64,000 nucleotides of DNA from assembly GCF_006345805.1 (NCBI RefSeq), contig NC_043011.1, positions 16,318,464 through 16,382,463 of the forward strand. Direction: 5' to 3'. The stretch comes from Octopus sinensis (taxonomy: Eukaryota). Under the pieces are notes generated by a model. That model was given only the letters and a program-made list of their open reading frames with translations, had not been told where the DNA came from and made no database searches. Both the position numbers and the translations under genes were made by a program. Numbering within the stretch: the stretch's first letter is position 1; the number at the start of each line of letters is the position of its first letter. Shown piece by piece: positions 38,791 through 52,000 of the stretch.

Positions 38791-39879
38791 GTTAAAAATT
38801 ATTACCTTTGTACTGTATTTTTCCCATGCTGGCCACTTGATGATATTGATACTTAAATATCGATATTATCCTCATATATAAATTTATATATATATATATA
38901 TATATATTCATTAATAGAGAGATAGACAGATATTCTGGAGAGATGAAAAGAGAGAGGAAGAGACAGAGAGAGATTGAAACGAATAAACATAGATAAATTT
39001 ATACATATACATACATGCTTGTGTGTGGGTGTCTATGTGCGTGTGTGTGTTTGTGTGTATGTGTGTGTGCTGTGAAATTAAACACATAGCTCCATAGCCG
39101 AAATACACAATATTTCGAAGATTTGATAAATGCTCTGGATCATCTGTTGCTGTCACACTGGACCCGATGGAAAATTATTTCAATACTTTAGGATGCCTCA
39201 GATAATTCGGTCGCTTAAAAGTGAATGCGAAGATCAAGTAGTTCAGTTGACGAAGCAACCGAACACACATCGTCGATACTGACGGAAATCCATTGATATG
39301 TTATGCCGAGTGCACAAAGGGTGAATATATGGACGCATTCCACCCCTCTCTAGTATTATCATAATGAAACAGGGTACGCTTTGCTGACTATTGCAATCTG
39401 ATATGGCTTGACGTCCAATGATGCTGAACCAGGCCATATCCGATATAATATGTTGCGAGGCTCCTCACCGGTATTCAAGCTATTAAACGAGAAGTATAAA
39501 AGTGAGAACCAAGCAACGCTAATGGGAAAACGAGATTCCAGATGAGGCACGGTGATGTGTAGTTCGGTTGCCGTCACTTGAAGCAGAATTCGTTTGCAGG
39601 TCGGAGTTAATTACCATCGCATTAAATACTAATGTAAGCCGTTGAGTTTGCTACACATTAATGTAATTATCAAGTAAGATAACGAGACACGCTGTGCGAC
39701 AAGGATGTACAAGTAAGTTACAGACACAGCCCAGTAAGCAGCTTCAGAATATTATATCCATCTACGCAGTTTCACTCTAAATTTTGTGTTGATACGTATC
39801 CATGATGAAAATACACGCTTGAAAAAGGTTTCGAATCCAGGACTTGAGAGGAAGGATTCTAAGCGATGTACAATTCTAC

Positions 39880-40070
39880 CCCAACAAACAGAAAGAAGAA
39901 AGAAGACATGCACCCAACACCAGAGCTGAAGACACCTCCGAAAGGAGGGGGGCGCCACGTCAAATCGTCCGAAACCGGACGTTGTTCCTCCTGATGATGT
40001 CTTGAGCTAACTGGGTCCTATCAAGGGGCTGTTGTCGTAGCAGACCACGAAAAACGGTTACAATTCCTCC
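39880..40070 (+). repeat. Probable pseudo-LTR remnant with two hammerhead half-motifs
   Basis: CTGAAGA 39926-39932 ... GAAAC 39971-39975; CTGATGA 39991-39997 ... GAAAA 40049-40053; ends in (TA)n. Stem I pairing not found. Confidence 0.4.
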
Positions 40071-40104
<34 letters not shown>

Positions 40105-40118
40105 ATCAAAAAAGGGTA

Positions 40119-40173
<55 letters not shown>

Positions 40174-40604
40174 CACACACCCACACATATACACATCCAT
40201 TGATGTGTACAAAAATGTATAAAATATTACTTTCTATTTCCTCTGTCTATTTGGCGCACCATTTGTGGTGCTTTGCAGTGTAATTTCGTCAAAAGGGTTA
40301 CTTTTTGCTAATGCCTCTGATCGTGTTTCTTTTAGGACTGTAGTAGGACCGTAATTGTTGCTATTGAGCTTTCTTTGCGTGACTTTCTTTGTCAAGGGTA
40401 TCTGATATCAATTACATATTGCATTATATCTAAACTTGTATTATGACATTTACAAAGCTAATTATCCGTTTGAAATATTTAGATGTTTCTGTGGAGAGAT
40501 TTTATTACTTGTTACTTTGAATACTAACCTGCAAACACTTCCAACACTGTTTCACGATTCAAACCTATAGTGATTTCAAATTCTCACAGAGTGCCAGCAA
40601 TTTT

Positions 40605-40792
40605 AGGGGATGAGCAAATCAATTACATCGACTCACCTGTGTTTCAGTGTTCAGCTGGTACTTATTTTATCGACCTCGAACGAATGATAGTTAAAGTCGA
40701 CCTCAGGAGAATTTGAACTCAGAACGTAAGGCGGACGAAATGTCACTAGCAATTTTACACGGCGCGCTAACGATTCTACCAACTGGCCACCT
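40605..40792 (-). mobile_element. Diverged family 1 SINE
   Basis: Reverse complement contains GAATCGTTAGCGCGCCG, CGTTCTGAGTTCAAATT and GGTCGATAAAATAAGTACCAG. Confidence 0.85.
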
Positions 40793-42023
40793 AATGATTC
40801 ATACTTATATTGATCCAAGACATAACGAGATAGTATTTACAATCTGCATATACATCATATAATTTTCCTCTTCGAATCTGGTAGAATTCCGGTTTCATAT
40901 ATGCCTGTGCCTTAAATACATCTATGTGGTTGAACGGACTTCGTCATCTTTTGTGGTGTGGGAATCCCCAAAACATAACGTTTGATAATGGCCTATTGCT
41001 CAGTACCACACAGTAGCCAGCAAAGACTACCTTTTGCTAATCAATATTAGTAGACATGGGAGCATGAGTCAATAAATCTCACCTGCTCGGCCCATAATAT
41101 ATTGTATTACTCTCTGCATAAGCCATGAACAATATTGACTGAAATAGTAATTAACAGATGTTTGTAAACTTCTTACTAGCACTTCAGTACACTTTGTATA
41201 TACTTATCTTCAAACTGTTTCGCCAATCAAGTCCATTTCAAATCTTGTTTTGGAATCTTTTAAAAGTGAATGCTTTAGATTATCCATAGATAAATATGCT
41301 TAATTCCAAACATGGAGAGCAGTTACCAGATGTTTTGAAACTTTTTACAAGTACTTCAGGTTACATCCACCTTGTGCTTACATTTACATATTTTCGCCAC
41401 TTATGTCCATACCAAATATTTCTTTTGATGTATTTTTTTATAAAATGAATGTTTTAAGATTTTGCATAGATGAAAAAAATGGGGGGGGGGAAGAAAAATT
41501 CAGTATTTAGATTGAGATCTAATGCGAGTTTTGTGTTACAGTGAAAGAAATAGAATTTTTCTTTGAGAAACGGAGTTATCAGTGGAGCAATTTTCTTGTG
41601 TTCTGTGCGTTACATTTTGTTCGGCAGATCCAATTATATTCGATGAAAACTAAGAATCATGCGACATACAAAGACTATCGTATCACGTACCGAATTAATT
41701 CTGTCCTTTCTTTTACTGCAGAAGATATTAGCTGAAACTTTAGTATTAATCTCTCAGGAGATTGATTTACTGATATAACCTTAATACTCAGCTACATGAA
41801 GATGGTAATGCGCGCAGACGTGTTTTTACCACTTTATATAAATACTAGCATTATACATAGAATAAGCACTATGTAATGTAAGTTTACACATATATAAATA
41901 AATCGCGGTTGCTAAATGCACGCATGAACATAATAAGCATATATATGTATGTATGGACGTTCGTATATGTAAGTATAACGTTTGTTCTATATATATATAT
42001 GCCTTTATGTGCCCATCTGATAT

Positions 42024-42082
42024 ATTCAACTGATGAAGGCAGAGCTTATTTGAAGCAAAGCTAGAAATCCAGGATCTTGAAT
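42024..42082 (+). ncRNA. Type I hammerhead ribozyme motif with a fully intact core
   Basis: ATTCAA-CTGATGA-A-GGC..GCTT(ATTTG)AAGC..GCT-A-GAAA-TCC-A-GGA-TC^TTGAAT. Stem I is 6 bp, stem III is ATCC/GGAT, and the predicted AUC cleavage is after 42076. Lies in a ~230-bp (TA)n-flanked insert. Confidence 0.75.
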
Positions 42083-42228
42083 TATTCAGTAATATCTTTT
42101 TGCTAGTTTATTTTGACCCTCTATCTTATCTCATGGTGCGATATGAACATTTAAGGTGGTTTTTTAGAGTCAGGGATTTGACTGCTATTTCGGCATGGTG
42201 GTGTCTCTCAGATACCCTTATTCTTAGT

Positions 42229-42277
<49 letters not shown>

Positions 42278-43441
42278 TTAGAAATATAGAGGTAACACAC
42301 GAGTAAGTAGATATTTATGAATAAGAAGGACGAAAATGCTACTTTTTTAAAAGTTAGGTACATTTGAATTTCTTTATATGTAATAAAATGGAATTATGTA
42401 GGGGAAAATTTATTAATAGAATTATTAAAATTATTAAAATAAACGTTCATAGTGTACTTTCTTTTTTCATGCAAGTACACGTGGTAATTTCCTTTAATTT
42501 TCGCGGCATTACTAGTGGCGCTCTCTGTGATGGCAAATTACTTCCGTCTGTGATGGTAAATTAAGTAGAGTTGTGAAGACTGTCGTTGGAGTAGTCGAAT
42601 AACTAGCAGCAGTTATAATAATAGTCGTTGTGGTAAAGTTATCCCCTTTGGGTGTTTTTGCTGAAATTGTCCCTTGTCTTTATTTCTTATGAATAACATG
42701 CATATCTGCCTAGTAATTTTCCCTCACAGACAGTGCTAGTAGTATTGGCACGAAAATTAAAGGAAACTATCACGTGCTCTTACAGGAAAACAGAATGTAC
42801 ACTATGAACGTATACTTCAATAATTTCATTAATAACTTTTTTCTCTGCATATTCCATTTTAGTACATATTTTTGAAAAGGTTTTCCAAAAACTGAAACAT
42901 GTAAAACAAAAACATTCATATGTACCTAATTTTCAAAAAGTAGTATTTTCATCCTTCTTTTTCAGATATATATATAAAGGAATGCAAATAATGGGACAAG
43001 AAAACAAAACATCCAGACGGATGATACAAAAAAGGGGAGAAGAAAAAACACAGATGGGTCATTCGAAGTTTTCTTTCCTCAGTCGAGTTACAGATTAGTT
43101 TTGCAATTTCGGTTGGATATACTCGAGATTGGTCCAATCTGGCCAGCCCAAAGGAAAAACTAAGCTAAGAGCATTAGATTCCTTGGAAGAAAGCAGCGAA
43201 TGTATACGAAAACAAGGATGGGAAAAAAACGGAGAAATGGTACACAAATGCAAACGCAGGAAAACAAAACAGAGAAGTGTCGTCATCACGAGCACGCAGA
43301 GATATGTAGGCACGCGTACACACACACACACACACACATACACACATATATATATTTATTTATTTACATATTTGTATACATATGTATATACATATATATG
43401 GTTGCCTGAGTTTGTACACACACACGCACACATATATAATA

Positions 43442-43490
43442 TATATATATAATTATAACAATGAGGGTCTCATTGTTATAATTATATATA
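43442..43490. repeat. Perfect hairpin inside (TA)n
   Basis: ATATAATTATAACAATGAG-GGT-CTCATTGTTATAATTATAT. Shares AATGAGGGT with the 38750 hairpin. Confidence 0.9.
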
Positions 43491-43591
43491 ATTTTACCGA
43501 ATATAGTTCTTTTCCATACCAAAAAACTACTTGATGAAATTTATTGATTTTATTAAATTAATTATATTTTACACTTTATCTGTATATATAT

Positions 43592-43670
<79 letters not shown>

Positions 43671-43823
43671 CAAGATAAGAAAATGGAGAAATACATCTAC
43701 ATCAAATATCAATTACCAGATAATACTCAATCACATACTTTATTAAAGCACCACATAAGAGACTGTAGCGTTAAACATAAAAAACCAGAACAAATCAGTG
43801 CATTTACAACCCCTATCTCAATT

Positions 43824-43854
<31 letters not shown>

Positions 43855-43859
<5 letters not shown>

Positions 43860-44150
43860 TTGCAAGATTTTTGATGGGAAATCGTATGTTGAAACAGATA
43901 TTGTTGTATTTAGGAATGGTCAATTTGCCAGTATAGCCATAAACAAAGAGAAAAAAGGAGGGACACACAAATAAGAAAGAAGAAAGCAAATGACCACTGA
44001 TGCTGTCACAGGAGTGTAGCGAAAGAACTCTGGCCGAAATAAGATTAAGATTAATATGAAAAATAAATAACGCTGAAGCAAAGTAACACGAAATATATAG
44101 TGCATGTGTTTTTATTTGGCTAAACTGGCAAAATGACCATTCCTAAATAC

Positions 44151-44152
<2 letters not shown>
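43855..44152. repeat. (TA)n-flanked remnant with 33-bp inverted arms and an internal degenerate hammerhead (43994-44033)
   Basis: GTATTTAGGAATGGTCA.TTTGCCAGT.TAGCC (43907-43939) is inverted at 44118-44150. The internal motif is CCA-CTGAT-GCT..AGC-GAAAG-AA-CTC-TGG. The left end resembles 49288-49345. Confidence 0.75.
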
Positions 44153-44219
<67 letters not shown>

Positions 44220-44440
44220 TGTAAAAAGATGTATTTTGGAATCGACACTTTCTTCACAACTCTAAACTTCTAAACGCAATTATGCTTTTATTAGAGTGAC
44301 ATGTATATATGCTTGTATGTGCACGGGTATTACATGATGTATTAACAGGGATGTCGCTTTTCTTACGGTAAGTATTTACGAAAGGGGGAAATACTTCTCC
44401 CTGCAAGGCACCCGTCATATGCACGTGTATTCATTGCATT

Positions 44441-44484
<44 letters not shown>

Positions 44485-44499
44485 TATATAGGGAGAGTT

Positions 44500-44690
44500 T
44501 ACGAAAAAACAAATGACGAAGACAGGTGGTGTACAAAACAAACAGATATATTAGTGTAATGCTCAGGAATAGAAAAAAGTATATTATGTTTCGAGCTTAC
44601 GCTCGTCTACAGGAAGGGACACGGAAAAAACAAGGAGAGAAACAAGGAGAGAAAAAATGTGTGTAGTGGCTAAACCGGCGGCACGAAATG
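44500..44690 (-). repeat. Family B remnant with hammerhead-like motif (CUGUAGA core)
   Basis: Minus strand at about 44585-44616: CTTC-CTGTAGA-C-GAGC(GTAA)GCTC-GAAAC-ATA. Adjacent to (TA)n. Confidence 0.6.
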
Positions 44691-45467
44691 TTTGATGGTA
44701 TTACTTGTTACGCAACAATTCGTTCAGTCTACCAAACCATATTTCGCCTTGTACTGATTATGCAAATCGGTCAAATTTATAAATTAAAAAAAAAAAAAAG
44801 CATAAAACATATGGCTGCAATTTCTCCAATACGTGTCAGATATTTTTTAAGCGCCTTCAGTCTGATGTAATGCAAACTCAAAACCTTTGGGATTTAAACT
44901 TATTACATGAAAGTAATCAAGTTAATGCCAGAAACCATCTTCTTCGCTATTACCTCCAAATCTACTAAACCGTAACTTTTGGCAGATTTGCAACATTACA
45001 TATTTGTGGATGTGCTTATAGTTGATTCGATTATTACAGATTAATTAATGTACATCAAAGCTAAAGTGAAATAGTATGCAACCTCATCATATTCTCAACA
45101 CAACAACTAGTAATACGTCATTAGATACGGGGCAAATTTTCTGCTTCATTAACGATTCTAGTACTCTGTAAGCTTTCTGTCAGCTTAATAGTTGCCTAAG
45201 CATATTTTAATATAGATGTATTAGACGACTGGAATGAAACTAGAAATAAGAGACGAACTAACGCTATTAAAATCTCTGCAACACTCCTCAATTTCTCTCA
45301 TGATACTAGAAGTTTTAGCTACGATTTACTAGTCTAATATTTACTCTGTATTTAAACAAATTCTATGGAGCAAATATGAACGTGTGTGGACATGCGTACA
45401 CTAGCTTCCAGTAACACACAATATTGAATGAATAGTAATATATATTTATAAGTCTTACTAACTTTTA

Positions 45468-45878
45468 TCTTATACTTGTTTCAGTCATTTGACTATGGCC
45501 ATGCTTGAGCACAACCTTGAACGGTTATAGTCGAATGAATCGGTCCCAGGCGTTTTTTAAAGCCTTGTATTTATTTTATCGGTCACGTTTGCTCACCCGG
45601 TGAGTGATAGGGACATTAACTGACGAGTACTGCCTTGTCAAGCAGTGGTAGGCGACAAAAACGAAAACAAAGGCACACACGCGCGCACACACACATATAC
45701 AAACGCACTCACATATATGTATGTACGATGCGCTTATTTCTGTTTCCGTGTACCAAATCCGTCCACGATGGTTCGGTCGGGCCGAGACTATAGTATATGA
45801 CACTTACACAAAGTGTCACGCAGTGGGACTAACCAAGAATCATGAGGTTGGGAAGTAAGCTTCGTACCTCATAGCCAT
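45468..45878 (-). mobile_element. tRNA-derived SINE with a CORE-like central domain
   Basis: Head ATGGCTATGAGGTACGAAGCTTACTTCCCAACC..GGTTAGTCCCACTG, CORE-like GTGACACTTTGTGTAAGTGTC, tail AGCATGGCCATAGTCAAATGACTGAAACAAGTA. Confidence 0.75.
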
Positions 45879-45922
45879 AGATAGATAGATATAGATATGT
45901 ATGTATGTATGTATGTATGTAT

Positions 45923-46025
<103 letters not shown>

Positions 46026-46189
46026 ATATTATATATATATATGTTATAATAATTATGTACATACACTTCGTGCTGATTCCTTGGTAAAATCAACAACGAT
46101 TTTTACCCTTTATTATAATTAATATATGTATATATATTCTATATTTATATTTATATATATATTCTGTAATTCTCAAATTTTCATTCACA

Positions 46190-46600
46190 CCAGCAGACCC
46201 TTTTGAAAGAGCAACACAGAATCCACGGCTCCATAATCTGAAATGACTAAACCCCACCTACTAATAGAACTTAGATACCATGTGCAGGAAACTTTTTTAC
46301 CCTTTCTATACACCATTTCCTCGAATAATGGAACTGCACCTACAATATCTTAATATATTTTATTTCTACATTCATTATCTTTTTTCCCCTCTATATTCCC
46401 TATCTCCTCCTTTTCATATAATTCCTTATTTCGAACACAAATATTTACTTCTATTTAGCCATCTCACATCATCTCTGATGAAGGGATATCCATAATATCC
46501 CAGAAACAGCTGTCAGGCTATATCGATACCTTTTTCCTTATAAATGTCCTGAAAACTACTCGCATCCTTGGATTTGTCGTCCCATTTCGTCTAATATATT
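46190..46600 (+). mobile_element. PLE 3' remnant (ORF end + pseudo-LTR) between (TA)n tracts
   Basis: Short coding-like tail (PFY..RIMELHLQYLN) followed by a hammerhead motif. Confidence 0.55.
46471..46518 (+). ncRNA. Minimal type I hammerhead ribozyme motif, intact core
   Basis: TCT-CTGATGA-A-GGGAT(ATCCATAAT)ATCCC-A-GAAAC-AGCT-GTC^AGG. Stem III is the perfect palindrome ACAGCUGU; predicted cleavage after 46514. Confidence 0.75.
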
Positions 46601-46646
46601 TACATACATTTCATATATATACCTATACATACATACATACATACAT

Positions 46647-46679
<33 letters not shown>

Positions 46680-46696
46680 TACACACACACACACAC

Positions 46697-46753
<57 letters not shown>

Positions 46754-46828
46754 AATAGATGGATAGATAAACAGACTGATAGATGGTTAGATAGAGAGAG
46801 AAGATGCTTTTATGTAAGTATGTGTGTA

Positions 46829-46875
<47 letters not shown>

Positions 46876-49013
46876 GTACGTATGTATGTATATATATATG
46901 TATGTGTGTGTGTACATGGAAATATTGCTCAGTTTTAGTTCCGTAATGTAATGGATGATAAATTCCTTGAGATTTGATGTGCTAATGCGGTTTTATTCCA
47001 AAAATGTATTAGGTCAGTAATATTCGTTATAACTTCATGAAAATCGCACGTCATTTTCGGGTTCTCTCTTTTATGTAAGAGAAGGGTATAGCTAACCAAA
47101 TGGGGATATTTTAGATGCATTCTTTCATGTGAGGCACAGGTTCTCATTGTCTCATTTCTGTCTTCGGCGTCTACACATGATGGGAGGAGGCTATAGATGG
47201 CATATGGCGTGAGACTAGATAGATTTATTAATATAAATGCAGTTATCATCTGTACATTATTGGAGGCTTTAAGTATGAAATCGTTTAAAGGTGAATAGGC
47301 CTATTTTTTTCTTAACTGAGTATGCCAACAAAAAATTCGATACTTGCTCAGCATGTAATAAATATGCAGAGAGAGCGAGAAAAAAATAAACCTTTGTATA
47401 AATAAATGAATGGCAGAAGAATGTAACAGGCTTAAGGTGGAAGGAACAGTTGCGAGAAGGAGCTATAGAAAACCATAACTGACACAAGAAAATTTGAGAT
47501 TATATAGAATGTTCGGTTCATGCCAATTGTTCTCATGAATATGTAAATATGACCATGAATAAAGAAATGGATAGAACCAATTTGGCAGTAAGGAAAAAAA
47601 AGAAATGACTATTTCGTCTACTGAACGACGTTCGCAAGAATGTAAACAATAAAAAATATCAGTTGCTTTGCCTAGCGGAATATTTCATCGTAGTCTCAGT
47701 GACAAATACAGGGCTCTTTTGTTCTTATTAGCTCCCTTATCGTTGGAGAAGCAGAACATAAGATATTCCCCTATACATAATGATTAATGAGGTTATCTTA
47801 AATTATACATATTTTATTGAGAGTCAGTAACCATTGCGAAAAGGATTTAGCTTCGTTTCTCCAACTAAAGCGAAAATTTCAGAATCTGTCAGTATTTTTG
47901 GCGCCCGAAATTCAGTACATTGGCACCGAAATAGTTTATCTCTGTTCATATAATTAGCACACCTGAATTATTTCCTCTGTTCGTTTTTCATAAGTAAATA
48001 GATTAACATTCAACAAAATTATTCGTAACTTCCTATTTCCAAACTTATGTATCTCTACGCCCGCTTATATAGCAAGCATGAAATATATAATCTCTGAAGA
48101 ATATTTCTTATAAAGCAATAAACACATGTGTAACAGTCAATATGACTGCTAACGGTGATAAATTTCTCACTAATTTTAAAAATGGAATTTTTTAGCTTTT
48201 AAAATTATTTCTGAATTTGTTAGAATGACAATTATTTTACTTTTAGAGTTTCTAAAACATTGACGCTAAGTTAATGTTTCCTCTCCAGAATTAAAGAACA
48301 AATTTCAATTCATTGAGGATTCTCACAACACGTCATTGAAAATATAATCACTGCCATCTAATAGAAATTTTCAGTCCACCTCAGTTTATGTAACACAGAA
48401 GATGAACGTGCAAGAATAAAGATGAAGTAAGAGGTTATAACGAAAGAAAGTCGTTCGGTAAAGAAAGTGAAAGTTAGTGTGTCAGGTACTTCGAGGGGAA
48501 GCCGAAGTTTAATAAATGCAATCGGTGGGGAAAGACTTAGATAAAAAGACGTTAAGGGAAATCAATGGAATAACCCATTCACAAACAACATACAGAAACA
48601 AGCATATACAAAGAAGAAAATAACATGTATAAATACATCTCCTGGTGTATTACAGACTCTAAACTACACGAACATGCGCGCAAACACCGAATCATATACA
48701 TCAATCAAAATTAAAAATACACAAGCATATACATATATTACACTACACACTCAAGCGTAGACACAGACCTATATCCATGTAGATAGATACCACATCACAT
48801 GTATAACATACACTAAGAAATATCAAGTTATATGTATATATTTATATATATATATAAGATTAATCAGCCGAAATTGCGAGGTTCTTGACTGAAGATAAAA
48901 GGCTTCGAATGACCCGTCCTTGTTTTTTTGTATCGTCTATCTGGATGTTTTGTTGTCCCTTTTTTATCACCTAGTTGTCCGGATGTTTTGCGTTCTTGTC
49001 CCAATTTGTATTT

Positions 49014-49059
<46 letters not shown>

Positions 49060-49167
49060 ATCACGTGACCGACCAGTCCATCAGATGTAGTTACACATCG
49101 CTGGTCACAATGCGTTCGCATTGTTTTAGCCTTCGAATGACACCACCCCGCTGGCTAAGCGAGCAGG

Positions 49168-49274
<107 letters not shown>

Positions 49275-49549
49275 CGTTTTTGGCTTTGGTTTGCAAGATT
49301 CTTTATGTGAGTTCGTGTGTTGAAGCATATTCTGTTGCGTCTGGGGAGAGTCAAGAAAATGTTAGGAAAATAAAAATAAGAAATAAGTGGAAATTTCACC
49401 GGTGAGTGTTGATCCTAATTGATCAACTTTATATCTAGACCACACGTTTTTCAGGTGGTACATGTTACATGTACACCCCTGAATAGTATGAAAGAGGCCT
49501 ATTGATGAGGCTTTTGAAGAAAATACTAAGGGATTTATGGAACCTTACA

Positions 49550-50520
49550 ATGGAACGTGGGTTCAAGCTGTCATCTCAACCGAATCGCGCTTTCCAAGCA
49601 CGATAGGTGTGCAAGGCATCATCCCAAGAATTTCATTAAGGGACAATAAGCAGCTGGCGATAGGTACCTATCATATAAATATCATATAAATAACACGTAG
49701 CCAATTGGTAGTGACTTATTTGCATAAGACATCTAATGACACCATGTATGTAAGATACTGAAATCCCATAAAGTCAATGAAGTATATTTATTGGTATGTT
49801 AACACGAGTTCTGATGTTGAAATGCTTGCTTAGTTACAAAAGTGACTTCAAGATGAAGGAGAGAGTTCGATATGAATGGGGTGGTATATTTGTAGCAATG
49901 ACGCAATTTCTTGATTTCTGAACAATATTCCCTAGTACAACGACTGTCCAGTTATTTCGACAATGGACAAAAAATATATTGTACAACAGAAACTGCTGCT
50001 CAGCAACCCATGGTTCAAGGGAAAACTAAATTAGAAGCATTTTTCAAATTTATCCGAATGATTGTGTCGCTAAAACGTTGAGCTACTAACAATTATATAA
50101 ATAACAATATACAATGAAATCGTAGAAAAAGAAGGACTGATGTTGAGAGTTTTCTATATATACGAATTCACAATATTCTTAAAAGACTTTATACTATTCA
50201 CTCAAACTCATCAAGTATGTTTTTGATTAAAGCTGCTTTTTCAGGAGATCCGCGCCCCCATATTATTTCTTCAACTTCGAAACACTGATGGCCGCTTTCA
50301 CATAGAGAAGCAACTTTTAGATTAATATGATAGTCATTCGATGACAGCCGTGTCATAGGGTTTTGTCTTTTTCACAAGAAACTCGAGATCACCGTATGCT
50401 ATAGTAATGAAAAAGACTGTGATTTAGTTATCGATTATGGCTAAATTGTAGAGATTATCTTTCGGAAGATTACAAACAACGATTCACTTGCAAACCCTGA
50501 TGGGGAAATATGATGTAGTA
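49550..50520 (+). mobile_element. Highly decayed Helitron Rep-domain fossil
   Basis: Hand translation gives HLNRIALSKHDRCARHHPK, KSMKYIYWYVNTSSD (cf. KSIKYICKYVNKGSD), KTKLEAFF, KRLYTIH and LLFQEIRAPILFLQLRNTDG (cf. LLL..VRGPTSFEDLRTVNG), in the expected order. Confidence 0.7.
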
Positions 50521-51283
50521 ATGAAAATCTACAATGCAGCATTAATTGCAACACGATTCTATGGAAGGGAAAGAATTGCCTCGGTGTCGATCTTCGCATA
50601 ACAAAGCTTCTGAATTTTGCCAGCTTAACAATAGAGTTATTAAAGCAACCTCCGCGAACATGGAAGGCCTCTCAAGTTATGATAATGAAAAGATAATCAA
50701 ATTGTTCCTGGCAATGCTATACTCGAAACGTCTTTTTATCGAGTTTTTTTTTCTTTCATGTCCTTCAGAAATTGGAACAACTTTTGTTAATGAGATGTTA
50801 CTACCCAAAGTGCGACAAAGAGCAAAATAACTTTGGTTGATGCTTCTTCTGATATTCTGATATTCCTTTCAGTAGGAAACACATTCAAACCTGCTCTCAA
50901 GTTGTCCTTGAAATTAGCAAGCGAATTTACACCAGCTTATAATATTAGCAAAATATCGGGAATGGCATTAGTACTAAAATGTGTTAACTCATGATTTGTA
51001 TGGCAAACAAATGTTTTTGGATGCATTAAAAGACTTCACAAATTTAGAACTATTGATCGAATGTGTTACCAATGTACTCTCAGATCTCTTTAGTTAGAAC
51101 TGGAGTAATTTTCAAGGACATTAAAGCAGAGGAGACAATAACTTGCTTGACGTCATCTTAGTAGTAATAATAAGTAATAAAACTCAGCTTTGACTAAGAA
51201 TATGGGAGCCGCCCTTTAGGGCAATGATTTATGAGAAGAATTTGGTAAATATTTATTGGAACATGGTGACGGTAGGTATGTTT

Positions 51284-51516
51284 AAGGAGGCGAGCTGGCA
51301 GAAACTTTAGCACGCCGGACGAAATGCTTAGCGGTATTTCGTCTGCCGTTACGTTCTGAGTTCAAATTCCGCCGAGGTCGACTTTGTCTTTCATCCTTTC
51401 GGGGTCGATAAATAAAGTACCAGTTACGCACTGGGGTAGATGTAATCGACTTAATCCGTTTGTCTGTCCTTGTTTTTCCCCTCTATGTTTAGCCCTTTGT
51501 GGGTAATGAAGAAATA
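51284..51516 (+). mobile_element. Family 1 tRNA-derived SINE
   Basis: Closely matches 12193-12426. GGTAGGTAT occurs near both ends (51271-51279, 51517-51525) as a possible TSD. Confidence 0.92.
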
Positions 51517-51599
51517 GGTAGGTATCTCTTCACGAAAATAATGATTTACAGACATCTCTAAAAGCCACATCAATTTCATTTCTCAATGAAAAGATTGCA

Positions 51600-52000
51600 A
51601 GAATATCTCCACATATTTCAGGTCCACCAACAAAAAAAATTATTTGCACGAAAAATATCGCTGTCAACAGTAAACAAAAATACACGCACGCTTATAGATT
51701 TCAGTTCCATATCTTTAAAAAGCTGTCAACTAATCTGTGGAATTGACTACTTTGGTCCCTCCTGCACTTCCAACAAGCTGGTTTCTGTTACAAGTAGAAG
51801 TCTTCATCATACTATTGGGGAAAATTCATCAACTTTTGATAAGTAATAGCAGTAGCCTCGGGTAAACCAAATCAATGCCTCAAATTATGCAGGCTACTAA
51901 TTTGACTGCTTGTTCTGTGAGAGTTACTTTTATAGCCACAATCCCCTTTTTATCATCTGGCACATACATATTTATAGGGCTAGAATTTCCAGCACAAGTC
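51600..52000 (-). mobile_element. Possible hAT (Buster/Charlie-like) transposase fossil
   Basis: LEVQEGPK*SI...RVFLFTVDSDIF..NNFF loosely resembles the FS.QLDESTD...EFLF...T.G.DIF region. Weak. Confidence 0.25.

Noticed and set aside
39248-39575. ~22-bp inverted repeat bounding 330 bp as a MITE
   Set aside because: The inverted match is real but short, with no TSD and no second copy in the window.
41711-41810. Exon-like segment (polypyrimidine-CAG ... GTAATG)
   Set aside because: All three frames contain stops; not supportable as coding without RNA data.
42500-42660. Minus-strand Thr-rich reading
   Set aside because: Low complexity, short and without homology evidence.
48880-48925. CTGAAGA..GAATGACCCGTC motif in a (TA)n-flanked segment
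   Set aside because: No GAAA and no stem I complement.
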